DNA of 64,000 nt from Bacteroidia bacterium (GCA_019695215.1 JAIBAK010000001.1:17028-81027), one strand, 5' to 3'; positions 29,640 to 38,827 are shown, counted from the first letter of the stretch. Notes: a model not told the origin generated them from the letters alone. Program-made: numbers and translations.

Positions 29640-32600
29640 CTAATTTTTAATAATTTTTTTAACGAAATTCGAGGTGCCAATCTTTATATTTAGCAAATAC
29701 ATTCCGGCTGCCACTCCTTCCATATCCATTTGAAAAATATGTTCACCCTTGGTTTTTTGACCTAAGTTTACGCTTTTTATTACTCTACCTTGCAAATCCA
29801 TCAGGATTATATGCACAGGATTTTGATCAAAGGCCGGCCAGTATTGAATGGCAACATTGTTGGCGGCAGGGTTGGGATAAATATTGCATAGGGGTACACG
29901 ATTCAATTTATTTACAGCGGTGTAATCGGGGTCATAAATAAGAAGGGAATAAGCCATTACTGGAGGAATCAATGAATAGGGGTCAGCATTGTGAGGAATG
30001 ATAGGGGTATTTGGTACAGTGGATAATTTGTAGTAATAGCCAACAACAGTGGCGGAACTTATACTTGGAGTACCATCAAACTTAACATCTGTTTCGGGTA
30101 ATAGCTGTTTATTACCTGTTGTTCCAATTATAGGACCCCAGAGGTTTGATCCGCTGTTCCTGATCCAGTACCCCGGCTTATTTGCTGAACTCACAATTTG
30201 GGCGTTTGGCCCCAGACCAGTATGAGATACTGTGGCTGTGTATTTGTAAACATCTACTGTAATGGGCCCCATGGGATAGGCATCATAATCAGATACCATA
30301 TTGTCAACAAATACGTTATTGGTAATATTGATTGGATTTGTTGGTTGAACCTCATAATGTACTACCCGATAATGGGGAAATTCAATTAATTGGATGGCAC
30401 TTCCTGCATTTAACAAGCCCCAGCCAGTGTAGACATCGTATCCACTTGAATTCCGATCAGAAGCACTATACTCTATTAGTCGTTCTATATCTTCTGGGGC
30501 TAGTTTTTCATTGTGATAACCCATAATAAGGGCAGCAACCCCACTTACATGTGGTGCTGAAGATGAGGTGCCATTAAAAGTGCGATAAGCACCTGGTGAA
30601 TTAGCTGTTGTGTACACCATTCCTTCGTAATAAGGCGCCACAACATCCAAGTGAATGCCATAATTTGATTCTCCGTGGCGATCTCCATCATTTGTACTAC
30701 CCCCAACACTAATAAGCCAGTCGTCTCCTATTTGCCAATCCTCATAGTAACTTGATGGGTAGTTTGGCAAATCGGTTAACCGATTACCACGCCCACAAAC
30801 CTGTATAAGCTCATTTTCAAATGCAAATCTTATGTTCATTTTAAGTTCAGCATACTCCGATGGCAACAATGGAGGAATCGCATCCGAGTCAAACCCCCAA
30901 CTATAGTTCGCAATATCAAGTTTGTTAACATATCCATTTGCACCACTCCCAAGTACAGCATCTAAAATAGCTGGAGTCAGGTTTGATATCTCTCTAATCC
31001 CATTATTTGGCCATATTTTCATATTGTAAAGACTTGCTCCCGGGTTGTTAAAATCATTCATGTCACCACCGGCAACTCCTGCGACCCCAATTCCATTATT
31101 CCTTATGGCACCGCATATCCCAGCTACTGCTGTACCATGTCCGATCAAATCAATTTCGGCACTTTGGGATGTAACGGGAGGGTGGCCGCTAATGGAATAA
31201 TCCCTTCCTCCTTTAATCTTAGTATTTGTCAGCGAATTTAAGTTATTCGTTGTTCCATCAAGTGAAAAGTCCGGATGATCATGCCTGATTCCGGTATCGA
31301 AAATTCCAATCCTTACATCAGGACTTCCAAATGCCCCCATGCTCCAAGCACCTTCCGCATTAATATGTCCGTTCGTGTATATGGGGTAGTTGGTATTTGG
31401 GTGTAACCCAATTTGCTTGTCATCATAATGAGGGTCGTTTGGCGTTACAGAGTGTAAAGTTAATATCCAGTTAGGCTCGGCATACCGTATCGAAGGGAAA
31501 AGGCCATCAGTGGTGTCCCTGTCATTTAAACTGTCAAATAAAGCGCTTGAGAATAGGTTGTCGGGAATAACGACCCGGAAGGCGGCCCAAAATTTAGGGA
31601 CTTTCAATATTCGCCCTAACCTACTTGTGGTTATAGTATCGGCAGTGGTCATATTGGTATAAATCTTAATGGCAAGTCTAGAGGAGAAATCGGTTTCAGT
31701 TTTTTGATTCATACGGTTTAGAAAGGCAGAATCAACGAAATCGCTCAATGGACCAAAACGTTTTGCTTTATTGTCAATGGCTGCTGTATTTATTAAAGTA
31801 GGGTCAAACCTGATGATGAGTTCATTTTTTGGGTACAAAGGGTTGTCAAGTGTATCATATTGGATGATAAGATCATGGGTAAGTTGCGCATATTTAACAG
31901 TAACGTACTGTAAAGTTGATGAACCTGATTGGCACTGCCCTGTAACAATAATATTGTTTTGATTATCTAATGCAATGGCATTAGCTTTATCATTTCCCCC
32001 ATAAGAGTGGTTGTAGTTTATTCCCCACAAAATACTCCCATCGTTTGAGTATTTAACTGTAGCATAGTCTTGGTTGGAGCCATTAAAACAACTACCGGTT
32101 ACAATAATATTCCGGTCTTCGTCAAGCAATATTGCAGTGGCCTCATCATCCTGACTATTGGAGCCATTATAATGGATTACCCATTCCTCCTGACCGCTGG
32201 GATCATATTTGATGGTTACATATGCTTTTGATTCATTGGTGCTAGTGGAGTACCCTGTAATGTAAACATATCCTGAATCATCAATCGTAATAGAATTGGC
32301 CACATCATCTAGATCGTCTTCCCCATTAAAAGTGGAATACCAAACAACGGATAATGTAGAATCAAGTTTTATAGTTCTGCAATCTAATCCGGTGGTTAAG
32401 TTAATTACCCCACCTGTCAAATAAATGTTTCCAAAATTATCAGCAATTATATCATTTACTTGATCTATGCCAACACCCGATCCTCCTGAAATGTTAGAGC
32501 CAATGTATGAACCTGTACTCTCAGAATAACCAATTACTGCGTATTGCCATTCTGCACCACTCGTTTGTGTTCCTCCGGCAACATATACTGTTCCTGCTAA

Positions 32601-33218
32601 ATCATCATAAACAATTTTATTTGCTGCATCGTGCAGATCAAGGTTATTCCACGTTTGGCTCCATGTTAAGCTACCATTGCTTGCATAACACAAAGTAACG
32701 AAGTCAGTTTTGCTCGAACTATTATAAGTTCCCCCGCAAACAAATACAGTCCCAATATCAGTAACAGTTAAGTCTGTTCCAATATCATTAGATGACCCAG
32801 GTCCATTATACTCAGCACTCCATAGTAAAGCACCGAGCGAATTGTATTTTAATGTAATTATGTTGTTCGAGTCAATGGTAGAAGCATTTACACAACCTGT
32901 CACATAAACATTTCCTGAATCGCTAATGAAAAGAGCCATTGCAAAAGCGTCTTTTCCCGATGGCCCCGAATATTGTTGAATCCATTGTCTCAATCCTGAG
33001 GGACTAAGTTTTTCAATTAATATGTCATAATCACCGGACGTATTTATTGTCGAGCCAACAACGTAAATATTCCCAGATCCATCCGATTTTGTAGAATTTT
33101 TTTTGAAAAAATATTGAGTACCGGTAGAAGTTGCCCAAGCTTCAGATACTAGGTGCTCTTGTGCTCTTAATTCAGCAAATGGCAATAAAAAAAAAGAGGT
33201 AAGTAAGAAGAGTTTCAT
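29640..33218 (-). CDS. SBBP beta-propeller repeat / subtilisin-family (S8) serine peptidase with a T9SS C-terminal domain
   Basis: Signal peptide MKLFLLTSFFLLPFAELRAQ at ATG 33218. There are about 8 SBBP-type repeats (GNIYVVG, GNVYVTG, VTxKY..xGxxxW). The S8 triad motifs are FDTGI (Asp), GHGTAVAG (His) and GTSSSAPHVSG (Ser). The C-terminal CTD is YPNPAANNVAI...GMYLLNI. Confidence 0.85.
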   Translation of the reverse strand: MKLFLLTSFFLLPFAELRAQEHLVSEAWATSTGTQYFFKKNSTKSDGSGNIYVVGSTINTSGDYDILIEKLSPSGLRQWIQQYSGPSGKDAFAMALFISDSGNVYVTGCVNASTIDSNNIITLKYNSLGALLWSAEYNGPGSSNDIGTDLTVTDIGTVFVCGGTYNSSSKTDFVTLCYASNGSLTWSQTWNNLDLHDAANKIVYDDLAGTVYVAGGTQTSGAEWQYAVIGYSESTGSYIGSNISGGSGVGIDQVNDIIADNFGNIYLTGGVINLTTGLDCRTIKLDSTLSVVWYSTFNGEDDLDDVANSITIDDSGYVYITGYSTSTNESKAYVTIKYDPSGQEEWVIHYNGSNSQDDEATAILLDEDRNIIVTGSCFNGSNQDYATVKYSNDGSILWGINYNHSYGGNDKANAIALDNQNNIIVTGQCQSGSSTLQYVTVKYAQLTHDLIIQYDTLDNPLYPKNELIIRFDPTLINTAAIDNKAKRFGPLSDFVDSAFLNRMNQKTETDFSSRLAIKIYTNMTTADTITTSRLGRILKVPKFWAAFRVVIPDNLFSSALFDSLNDRDTTDGLFPSIRYAEPNWILTLHSVTPNDPHYDDKQIGLHPNTNYPIYTNGHINAEGAWSMGAFGSPDVRIGIFDTGIRHDHPDFSLDGTTNNLNSLTNTKIKGGRDYSISGHPPVTSQSAEIDLIGHGTAVAGICGAIRNNGIGVAGVAGGDMNDFNNPGASLYNMKIWPNNGIREISNLTPAILDAVLGSGANGYVNKLDIANYSWGFDSDAIPPLLPSEYAELKMNIRFAFENELIQVCGRGNRLTDLPNYPSSYYEDWQIGDDWLISVGGSTNDGDRHGESNYGIHLDVVAPYYEGMVYTTANSPGAYRTFNGTSSSAPHVSGVAALIMGYHNEKLAPEDIERLIEYSASDRNSSGYDVYTGWGLLNAGSAIQLIEFPHYRVVHYEVQPTNPINITNNVFVDNMVSDYDAYPMGPITVDVYKYTATVSHTGLGPNAQIVSSANKPGYWIRNSGSNLWGPIIGTTGNKQLLPETDVKFDGTPSISSATVVGYYYKLSTVPNTPIIPHNADPYSLIPPVMAYSLLIYDPDYTAVNKLNRVPLCNIYPNPAANNVAIQYWPAFDQNPVHIILMDLQGRVIKSVNLGQKTKGEHIFQMDMEGVAAGMYLLNIKIGTSNFVKKIIKN

Positions 33219-33239
33219 GATTTCATAAATTAATTTTGG

Positions 33240-33280
33240 TAAAGTTATTTGATAAAACTCAGAGAAACAAGGAAATTTCC
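33240..33280 (-). promoter_or_regulatory. Candidate promoter/operator region of the S8 peptidase gene
   Basis: The minus strand has TAACTTTA (33240-33247, one mismatch to TAnnTTTG) 21 nt upstream of the ATG. A perfect 10-bp palindrome GGAAATTTCC lies at 33271-33280. Confidence 0.3.
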
Positions 33281-33602
33281 CGAAATTATTTTTAATTTCT
33301 TTGCTGCGAATGATTTTCCGGGAAAAATTGCCATATTGGGAGATATGTATGAGCTGGGCGAATTCAGTGATAAGGAACATCAGCAAATGGCCATGCTTGC
33401 TACCGAACTCGGATTGGAAGAGGTGTGGCTGGTGGGGCCCAGTTTTGCAAAACATGCTTCGATAGCCGGAGCAAAATCTTTTAATGATGCTGCCGAAGTA
33501 AAAAACTATATTTTGCAAAGAGATTACAGCGGCAAAACATTTTTTCTTAAAGGCTCGCGCGGAATGAAACTGGAAACAATTGCTGAAGTTTTTTCAGCCT
33601 GA
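33280..33602 (+). pseudogene. Truncated second copy of the murF 3' end (about 103 C-terminal codons)
   Basis: It translates to FAANDFPGKIAILGDMYELG...IAEVFSA, identical to the MurF C-terminus. It has no Mur-ligase N-terminal or central domains. The only upstream start is a TTG at 33249. Confidence 0.85.
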
Positions 33603-34075
33603 TGTTTTGGGTGGATATCTTTTCAAGAGAACACAGCCTTAAAGTAAACGGGTCATTGCTTTACTAATTTGAGTACAGAAATTCCCTCATCAGTTTGAAT
33701 ACGGAGAAAGTACATTCCAGAAGGCAAATCACTGTTAACTTCAACTACGTTTTCCGCAATCCCTTCTAAGTGGAGTTTACCGGTAAAATCACTAATGCGG
33801 TAATAAAATTTGCCGGTAGCACCTTCTACAACAATGGTATTTGTAAAAGGATTGGGGTAACATTTTATCTGATTGGGAGCAACGTGCCCCGCTGAAAGAA
33901 TTTCTCCGGTTAATTGATTGCCGTAGCTACCCAAATACTCCACCGAGCAATCCGGATACACATGAAATTTCCAGTACCTTTTTTTAGTGCATCCGTTAAA
34001 GCAGTCCCCCCACTTATAAGCAAAAACCAGTTCAGTAAAGTTAGCATATACTGAATCGGTAATATCAGGGCCATC
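33294..34075. repeat. Direct repeat copy B
   Basis: Counterpart of 28284-29062. The stretch 33444-34066 is identical to 28431-29053. Confidence 0.9.
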
Positions 34076-34648
34076 GAATGCATAATAATTTTGACCGTAG
34101 TAGTACACCCCTGGAATCAAACTGAAAGCCTTTCCCAATGCAAACATATTATAGTTGCTGTCTGTAACAAAGTCAATGTACATCGATGGAAACAAAATGT
34201 TGTAATAGCATCGGTCATATTTTAAATGATAACGGGTAATAAAACTGTCGACAGCATAATTTCCCGATGGGCTACCCCAATCGCAAAGTTGTTTTGCCCA
34301 CATTAGATTTGAGTCTGACCGGATTGTTATAAGTTCCACTCCAAAATTTGGAAGGGTATGCATGTTCAAAATGGAAAATATGGTATCACGTGCCGGTAAG
34401 GAGTAAGCATTGTACACAGCTAATAAGGATCGAAGGGAATTTTCCCTCCATGAAGTAGGAAGATGTATGCTGTCCTTGTATGAAGAGTTATTTCTATAAA
34501 CCCTTCGGATAGTCAGACGGTCGGCATCAGTCCGGTATAAGTTTACAATGCTATCAGGAGCGATGCAGGAAGAAGGGACAATTACAGATTGTGCCCGGGT
34601 TTGAGTTAACGTAATAATAAGAATCAGTAACAGTGTATTCCTTTTCAT
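33653..34648 (-). CDS. Cys-rich secreted protein of unknown function with a T9SS C-terminal domain (paralogue B)
   Basis: 331 aa and collinear with paralogue A. The N-terminal ~190 aa are diverged, and the last 138 aa are identical at the nucleotide level. The same six Cys are present. Confidence 0.7.
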   Translation of the reverse strand: MKRNTLLLILIITLTQTRAQSVIVPSSCIAPDSIVNLYRTDADRLTIRRVYRNNSSYKDSIHLPTSWRENSLRSLLAVYNAYSLPARDTIFSILNMHTLPNFGVELITIRSDSNLMWAKQLCDWGSPSGNYAVDSFITRYHLKYDRCYYNILFPSMYIDFVTDSNYNMFALGKAFSLIPGVYYYGQNYYAFDGPDITDSVYANFTELVFAYKWGDCFNGCTKKRYWKFHVYPDCSVEYLGSYGNQLTGEILSAGHVAPNQIKCYPNPFTNTIVVEGATGKFYYRISDFTGKLHLEGIAENVVEVNSDLPSGMYFLRIQTDEGISVLKLVKQ

Positions 34649-34702
34649 TTGGCTAATTTAGCTATTTTTTAAAGAAATAGGAATGCAGCCCGATTTTAAT
34701 CT

Positions 34703-35731
34703 TTAGCCTTTAAAATGATTCCACCCCTGCGCTGTAATATCATGTACATTTCCTGCTTTGGTAATAAGTTGCACCCCGGCACTTTTTTCGGTGGCGTGGC
34801 CTATTATACTCACTTCAGAAACATTTTTGATTTTATCGTAATCGTTTTGCGAAATGGTAAATAAAAGTTCATAATCTTCTCCTCCGTTTAAGGCGCACAT
34901 GGTTGGGTCAAGATTAAATGCACGGGCCATATCAAAAGTGTTTTGAGCAATCGGAATTTTTTCTTCGTACAATTTCATTCCTACCCCCGACTGGTTACAT
35001 AAATGCAGCATCTCTGAAGCAAGTCCGTCAGAGATATCAATCATTGCGGTTGGTTTCACTTCTATGGTTTGCAGCAACTGGTAAATATCTGCTCTGGCTT
35101 CCGGTTTTAATTGCCTCTCTAAAATGTATTCATTTCCTCCTAAATCGGGCTGAGCAGTTTGGTTTTCGAGAAATACCCTTTTCTCTCTTTCCAGCAATTG
35201 ATATCCAACATAAGCAGCACCTAAATCTCCGCTCACGCAAAGTAAATCTCCTTCCTTAGCCGTATTTCGGTACACTAGTTCTTTTTCATCTGCTTCGCCA
35301 ATGGCCGTTAAACTTAACACTAATCCCTGCCGCGAAGTGGAGGTATCACCACCTACCAAATCCACCCCGTATTTTTTGCAGGCAAGTTCTATTCCGGCAT
35401 ATAGTTCTTCTACAGCTTCTAATGTAAATTTACTTGATATCGCCAAGGCAATGGTAATTTGCCGTGGTACAGCATTCATAGCAAAAATGTCGGATAAATT
35501 TACCACCACAGCTTTATATCCCAGGTGTTTCAGCGGCATATACATCAGGTCAAAATGAATGCCCTCCAGCAGCATATCTGTACTTACCACCGTAGTACTT
35601 TTTCGGTTGGCAATTACAGCCGCATCATCTCCCGCTCCTTTAAGTGAGGAAGGATTGATTAATTTTATTTTTTCAGTAAGGTGTTTAATTAATCCGAATT
35701 CACCCAGTTCGTTTATTGTTTGTTGTGTCAT
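34703..35731 (-). CDS. thiL: Thiamine-monophosphate kinase
   Basis: GEFGLIKHL, GAGDDAAVI, STDMLLEGIHFD and GGDTS motifs of the ThiL/AIR-synthase-related family. Confidence 0.88.
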   Translation of the reverse strand: MTQQTINELGEFGLIKHLTEKIKLINPSSLKGAGDDAAVIANRKSTTVVSTDMLLEGIHFDLMYMPLKHLGYKAVVVNLSDIFAMNAVPRQITIALAISSKFTLEAVEELYAGIELACKKYGVDLVGGDTSTSRQGLVLSLTAIGEADEKELVYRNTAKEGDLLCVSGDLGAAYVGYQLLEREKRVFLENQTAQPDLGGNEYILERQLKPEARADIYQLLQTIEVKPTAMIDISDGLASEMLHLCNQSGVGMKLYEEKIPIAQNTFDMARAFNLDPTMCALNGGEDYELLFTISQNDYDKIKNVSEVSIIGHATEKSAGVQLITKAGNVHDITAQGWNHFKG

Positions 35732-35732
35732 T

Positions 35733-36449
35733 TCAATTTGTTTTATGGGTGTATTTTCCCCTCAGTTGTTTTCCTTTTATTTTTATCAGGTCATACATCA
35801 TTTCTAATCCATGCCCTACCACTTTTACCGATGAATCCTGCTGCGATCTAAGCTGAACGGGCAGGCGTTTTACTTCAAAATTGTTTTTGGCGGCCAGTAA
35901 AAATAACTCCACGTCAAAAGCGAATCCGTTTACGGTTATATCCTTAAAAATAGTAAGGGCTGTGTTCCTTGAAAAACCTTTTAATCCGCATTGTGTATCA
36001 TGAAGCCCGGCAACGCTTTTGACAAAAAGCGAAAAGCAATAACTTACCAGTTTGCGCAAGGGAGTGGTTTCGGAAAAATAATTGGATTGCGGATGATGCC
36101 TGTCACCAACTACCATCGCGTTCTGCTGTGAGCAGATGGCCCTATAAAACTGAATATAGTTTTCATAAGCAAACGGAATATCCGCGTCAGTAAATAAAAT
36201 TTCAGATCCGGTGGCGGCCAAAATTCCGGCTTTTACTGCTGCTCCTTTGCCGCTGTTGTGTGGCAAACGGACAAACCGGCAATGATAGAGGTTTGCCAGT
36301 TCCTGTGTGGCCTGATGGTCATCCGATCCATCATCCACTATAACCAGTTCATACCTGATAGATGTTGAATTAAGATAGGAAATAAAAAGAGGCAGTTGCT
36401 TTTTTAATGTGTTTGATCCGTTATATGAAGGCAAGATAATGCTGAGCAT
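35733..36449 (-). CDS. Family 2 glycosyltransferase (polyprenyl-phosphate sugar synthase-like)
   Basis: MLSIILPSYNG, VIVDDGSDD and TDADIP (DxD-type) motifs. Short soluble GT2 of DPM1/GtrB size. Confidence 0.7.
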   Translation of the reverse strand: MLSIILPSYNGSNTLKKQLPLFISYLNSTSIRYELVIVDDGSDDHQATQELANLYHCRFVRLPHNSGKGAAVKAGILAATGSEILFTDADIPFAYENYIQFYRAICSQQNAMVVGDRHHPQSNYFSETTPLRKLVSYCFSLFVKSVAGLHDTQCGLKGFSRNTALTIFKDITVNGFAFDVELFLLAAKNNFEVKRLPVQLRSQQDSSVKVVGHGLEMMYDLIKIKGKQLRGKYTHKTN

Positions 36450-36457
36450 AGCTGATA

Positions 36458-38827
36458 TCAGAAAGGATTTGTAGTTGTTTGAGCGTTTAAAAAATGTACG
36501 GGAAAGTATCGGTTATTGTGCATAAGGAAAGCTGTATCTTTTTTTAAAACGTGGCAATTTTCGGGTTTGAGTAAAAATTCATCTATGCAATAATAACTTC
36601 CGGAAGGCAAATCATCATTGTGCACGTAAATTTCCAGATTGGTTTCTTCCGGTTTAAAAGTTATCGGAAATTCAATTAATCCCCATTCGGCATCAGCAGC
36701 AACTATATTTCCGGGTGCATAAAACTGGTTGTACTGAACAGTTTCTCCCTTAATATTTTTTGTAACAAACAGAATGAAAATTCTTCCTTTTAAATCAGCC
36801 GAAATATCTTTTATCCAGAAGGAACAATTAAAACGCTCTTCGGCCGGGAGATGAAGTTTTTTACTGAGAAGTAACTGGAATTTTTTGCTTTTAATTTTTT
36901 TGCATCCTTTACTGAAGTAGCCGTTTTCTTTTCCTTGTTCGTTGTCAAAAGAAAAGTAAGTCAGATTCCCACCGGTGTCTGAAACCGATAGTCCCGATTC
37001 GCCATGAAAAGGGTAGGATGGGATTGTCTGTATCATGGACTCCTGCTGGCGATAAATACGATTGCTGTCAAACAACAATGAGTCGTAGGGTAGCTCATAT
37101 ACACCATACCCGCCCGGGCTTTCAAATATTTTTTTACATTTTAAGAACAGGTTTTTTTGAGCAGGAGGGATTTTGTCGGGCCAGGCCAGCACTAATAAGG
37201 GTTTTTTGTTAGGGTACCATTGCAGTACCTGAAGAGGCCGGTAATTTTCAAGTGCATATTGAAAATTCAGCCAGCTTTCTTTTAACGAGGAGCGACTGGA
37301 AGTCATACTCACCATAGGTAATCCGGTTTTTAATACTATTAATTCCGTGGTGAGAACTACCTGATGGTGTTGCATGCCCGTACCGAAGTTCTCGGCCCCA
37401 ACCTGAAAGAATGGAAGTGGCAGAATGGCCTGAAATGCGGAAGGAGTGATTAGGTTTATCCAATTATTTTCGGGAAGTTGGTTTGAATGGTCATCCAATG
37501 ATGGGAGGCGGTTGTTGAGTGTTTGGTTAATGAGTCTTACGTTGGCAATGGCATCCGTATACACCGCCACTGCTAAAAGTCCCATAACTAAAATTCGCAC
37601 AGGTTTTGTCCGGTTTTGCAGCAAATGATAAAAAAAATAGACTCCAGTGATATTGATGATGTAAAAGAACAGCCACGTAAATCTTCCTATTCCTCTAAGT
37701 TGTTTAAGAGGGCCTAAATAATCCATTACCTTTTCCGTGTTTATAAAAAGAATCCGGCCGCACCCGTACATGGCTACAGCCACAGCTGTCCATAAAAAAG
37801 TGTCGAGGAGCGCATTCCCGGTGACGGCTAAATGCTGCGAGGGCCTTTTGAAATTCTGCACAAGTTGCCTTATTTTACCTGATAGGAGAGCTAAGGAAGT
37901 AAGGATGCCAAATATACCTGCATAGGCCAATCCTTCCCATTCGGTCAATTCAGGTTCGAAGAAAGTTTTCACCATAAACTCATACGGCCTTGCATAAGGA
38001 TAAAACATACCCGATAACGTAGATTTATAGGCCATCATTCCCCAGGGCATGGCTGTGCGGTCGCTGGCTGTATTTAGCCAATTCATGAGCAAAAGGAGTG
38101 CAGCCACCGGCAAAATTCCCTGTATCACTACATGAAAAAAAGCAAAGCGAAATTGTTGCCGACCCTGTTGCGCTATCTGCCATACCCAGTAACCCGCCAA
38201 TAAAAATAAAAAGAAGGCGACAAAGTAAAGGTGAACTATTCCTAATAAAAACACCGCTGCTCCCGTTTGGATACTCACGGTGGTACTTGCTTTTTTATGA
38301 AAACGAATGAACTGGTAAATAAAAAAAGGTAATGCAAACTGGTAGGTGAGGCTGTAGTGTCCCTGTAACCTTATTACTTGAGGGGAGAGGTAACTTATTC
38401 CAATAGCAAACACACAGGACCAAAGTCCGGGAATAGTTAAGGAGCGCAGAATAAGATAAAGGAACAGGGTACACAAAACAATGGATAAGAGAGGAGCAAG
38501 GTTGGTGAGTGCTATAAGTGTGCTATCTGTTTCTACGTAGGGAGAAAGTAGTTTTAGCGGAATGGAGTACAAGGGTTCGCAACCGGTAAAAAAAATACTT
38601 TCCCTGAAAGGATAATTCATGGCCTGCTGCGTGCCGTAGGACGAATCGAATTTAATGTGAAAAAGGGCGGTGAAGTACGTTTGGAAACCATCTCCCCCGG
38701 TGTTATAAAAAACATGTCCGGGATTGGTGAGCAGCGGCCAAAAAAAAGCAGCAAGAAAGGCGAGTGACCCTGTCAAAGTGCACCACAGCCACCCATCAAT
38801 ATGTATTGCTTTCTTCCGTATCTCCAT
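36458..38827 (-). CDS. Large polytopic membrane protein with a ~330-aa C-terminal soluble domain (possible GT-C/YfhO-like glycosyltransferase)
   Basis: The first ~450 aa contain about 12 hydrophobic segments, with an acidic first loop (NTGGDGFQTYF). The function is inferred only from the architecture and the adjacent GT2 gene. Confidence 0.35.
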   Translation of the reverse strand: MEIRKKAIHIDGWLWCTLTGSLAFLAAFFWPLLTNPGHVFYNTGGDGFQTYFTALFHIKFDSSYGTQQAMNYPFRESIFFTGCEPLYSIPLKLLSPYVETDSTLIALTNLAPLLSIVLCTLFLYLILRSLTIPGLWSCVFAIGISYLSPQVIRLQGHYSLTYQFALPFFIYQFIRFHKKASTTVSIQTGAAVFLLGIVHLYFVAFFLFLLAGYWVWQIAQQGRQQFRFAFFHVVIQGILPVAALLLLMNWLNTASDRTAMPWGMMAYKSTLSGMFYPYARPYEFMVKTFFEPELTEWEGLAYAGIFGILTSLALLSGKIRQLVQNFKRPSQHLAVTGNALLDTFLWTAVAVAMYGCGRILFINTEKVMDYLGPLKQLRGIGRFTWLFFYIINITGVYFFYHLLQNRTKPVRILVMGLLAVAVYTDAIANVRLINQTLNNRLPSLDDHSNQLPENNWINLITPSAFQAILPLPFFQVGAENFGTGMQHHQVVLTTELIVLKTGLPMVSMTSSRSSLKESWLNFQYALENYRPLQVLQWYPNKKPLLVLAWPDKIPPAQKNLFLKCKKIFESPGGYGVYELPYDSLLFDSNRIYRQQESMIQTIPSYPFHGESGLSVSDTGGNLTYFSFDNEQGKENGYFSKGCKKIKSKKFQLLLSKKLHLPAEERFNCSFWIKDISADLKGRIFILFVTKNIKGETVQYNQFYAPGNIVAADAEWGLIEFPITFKPEETNLEIYVHNDDLPSGSYYCIDEFLLKPENCHVLKKDTAFLMHNNRYFPVHFLNAQTTTNPF

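Noticed and set aside
33219-33518. 100-codon N-terminal extension of the S8 peptidase ORF in the six-frame track
   Set aside because: It is the antisense reading of the duplicated murF fragment. A proper signal peptide begins at the internal ATG 33218.
28284-34075. Diversity-generating retroelement (template/variable repeat) as an explanation of the near-identical repeat
   Set aside because: The mismatches are not adenine-specific (mostly C/T and A/G transitions at third codon positions). No reverse transcriptase ORF is present in the window.
28284-34075. IS element or transposon as the cause of the duplication
   Set aside because: There are no transposase-like or integrase-like ORFs. I could find no terminal inverted repeats or target-site duplications at the repeat edges.
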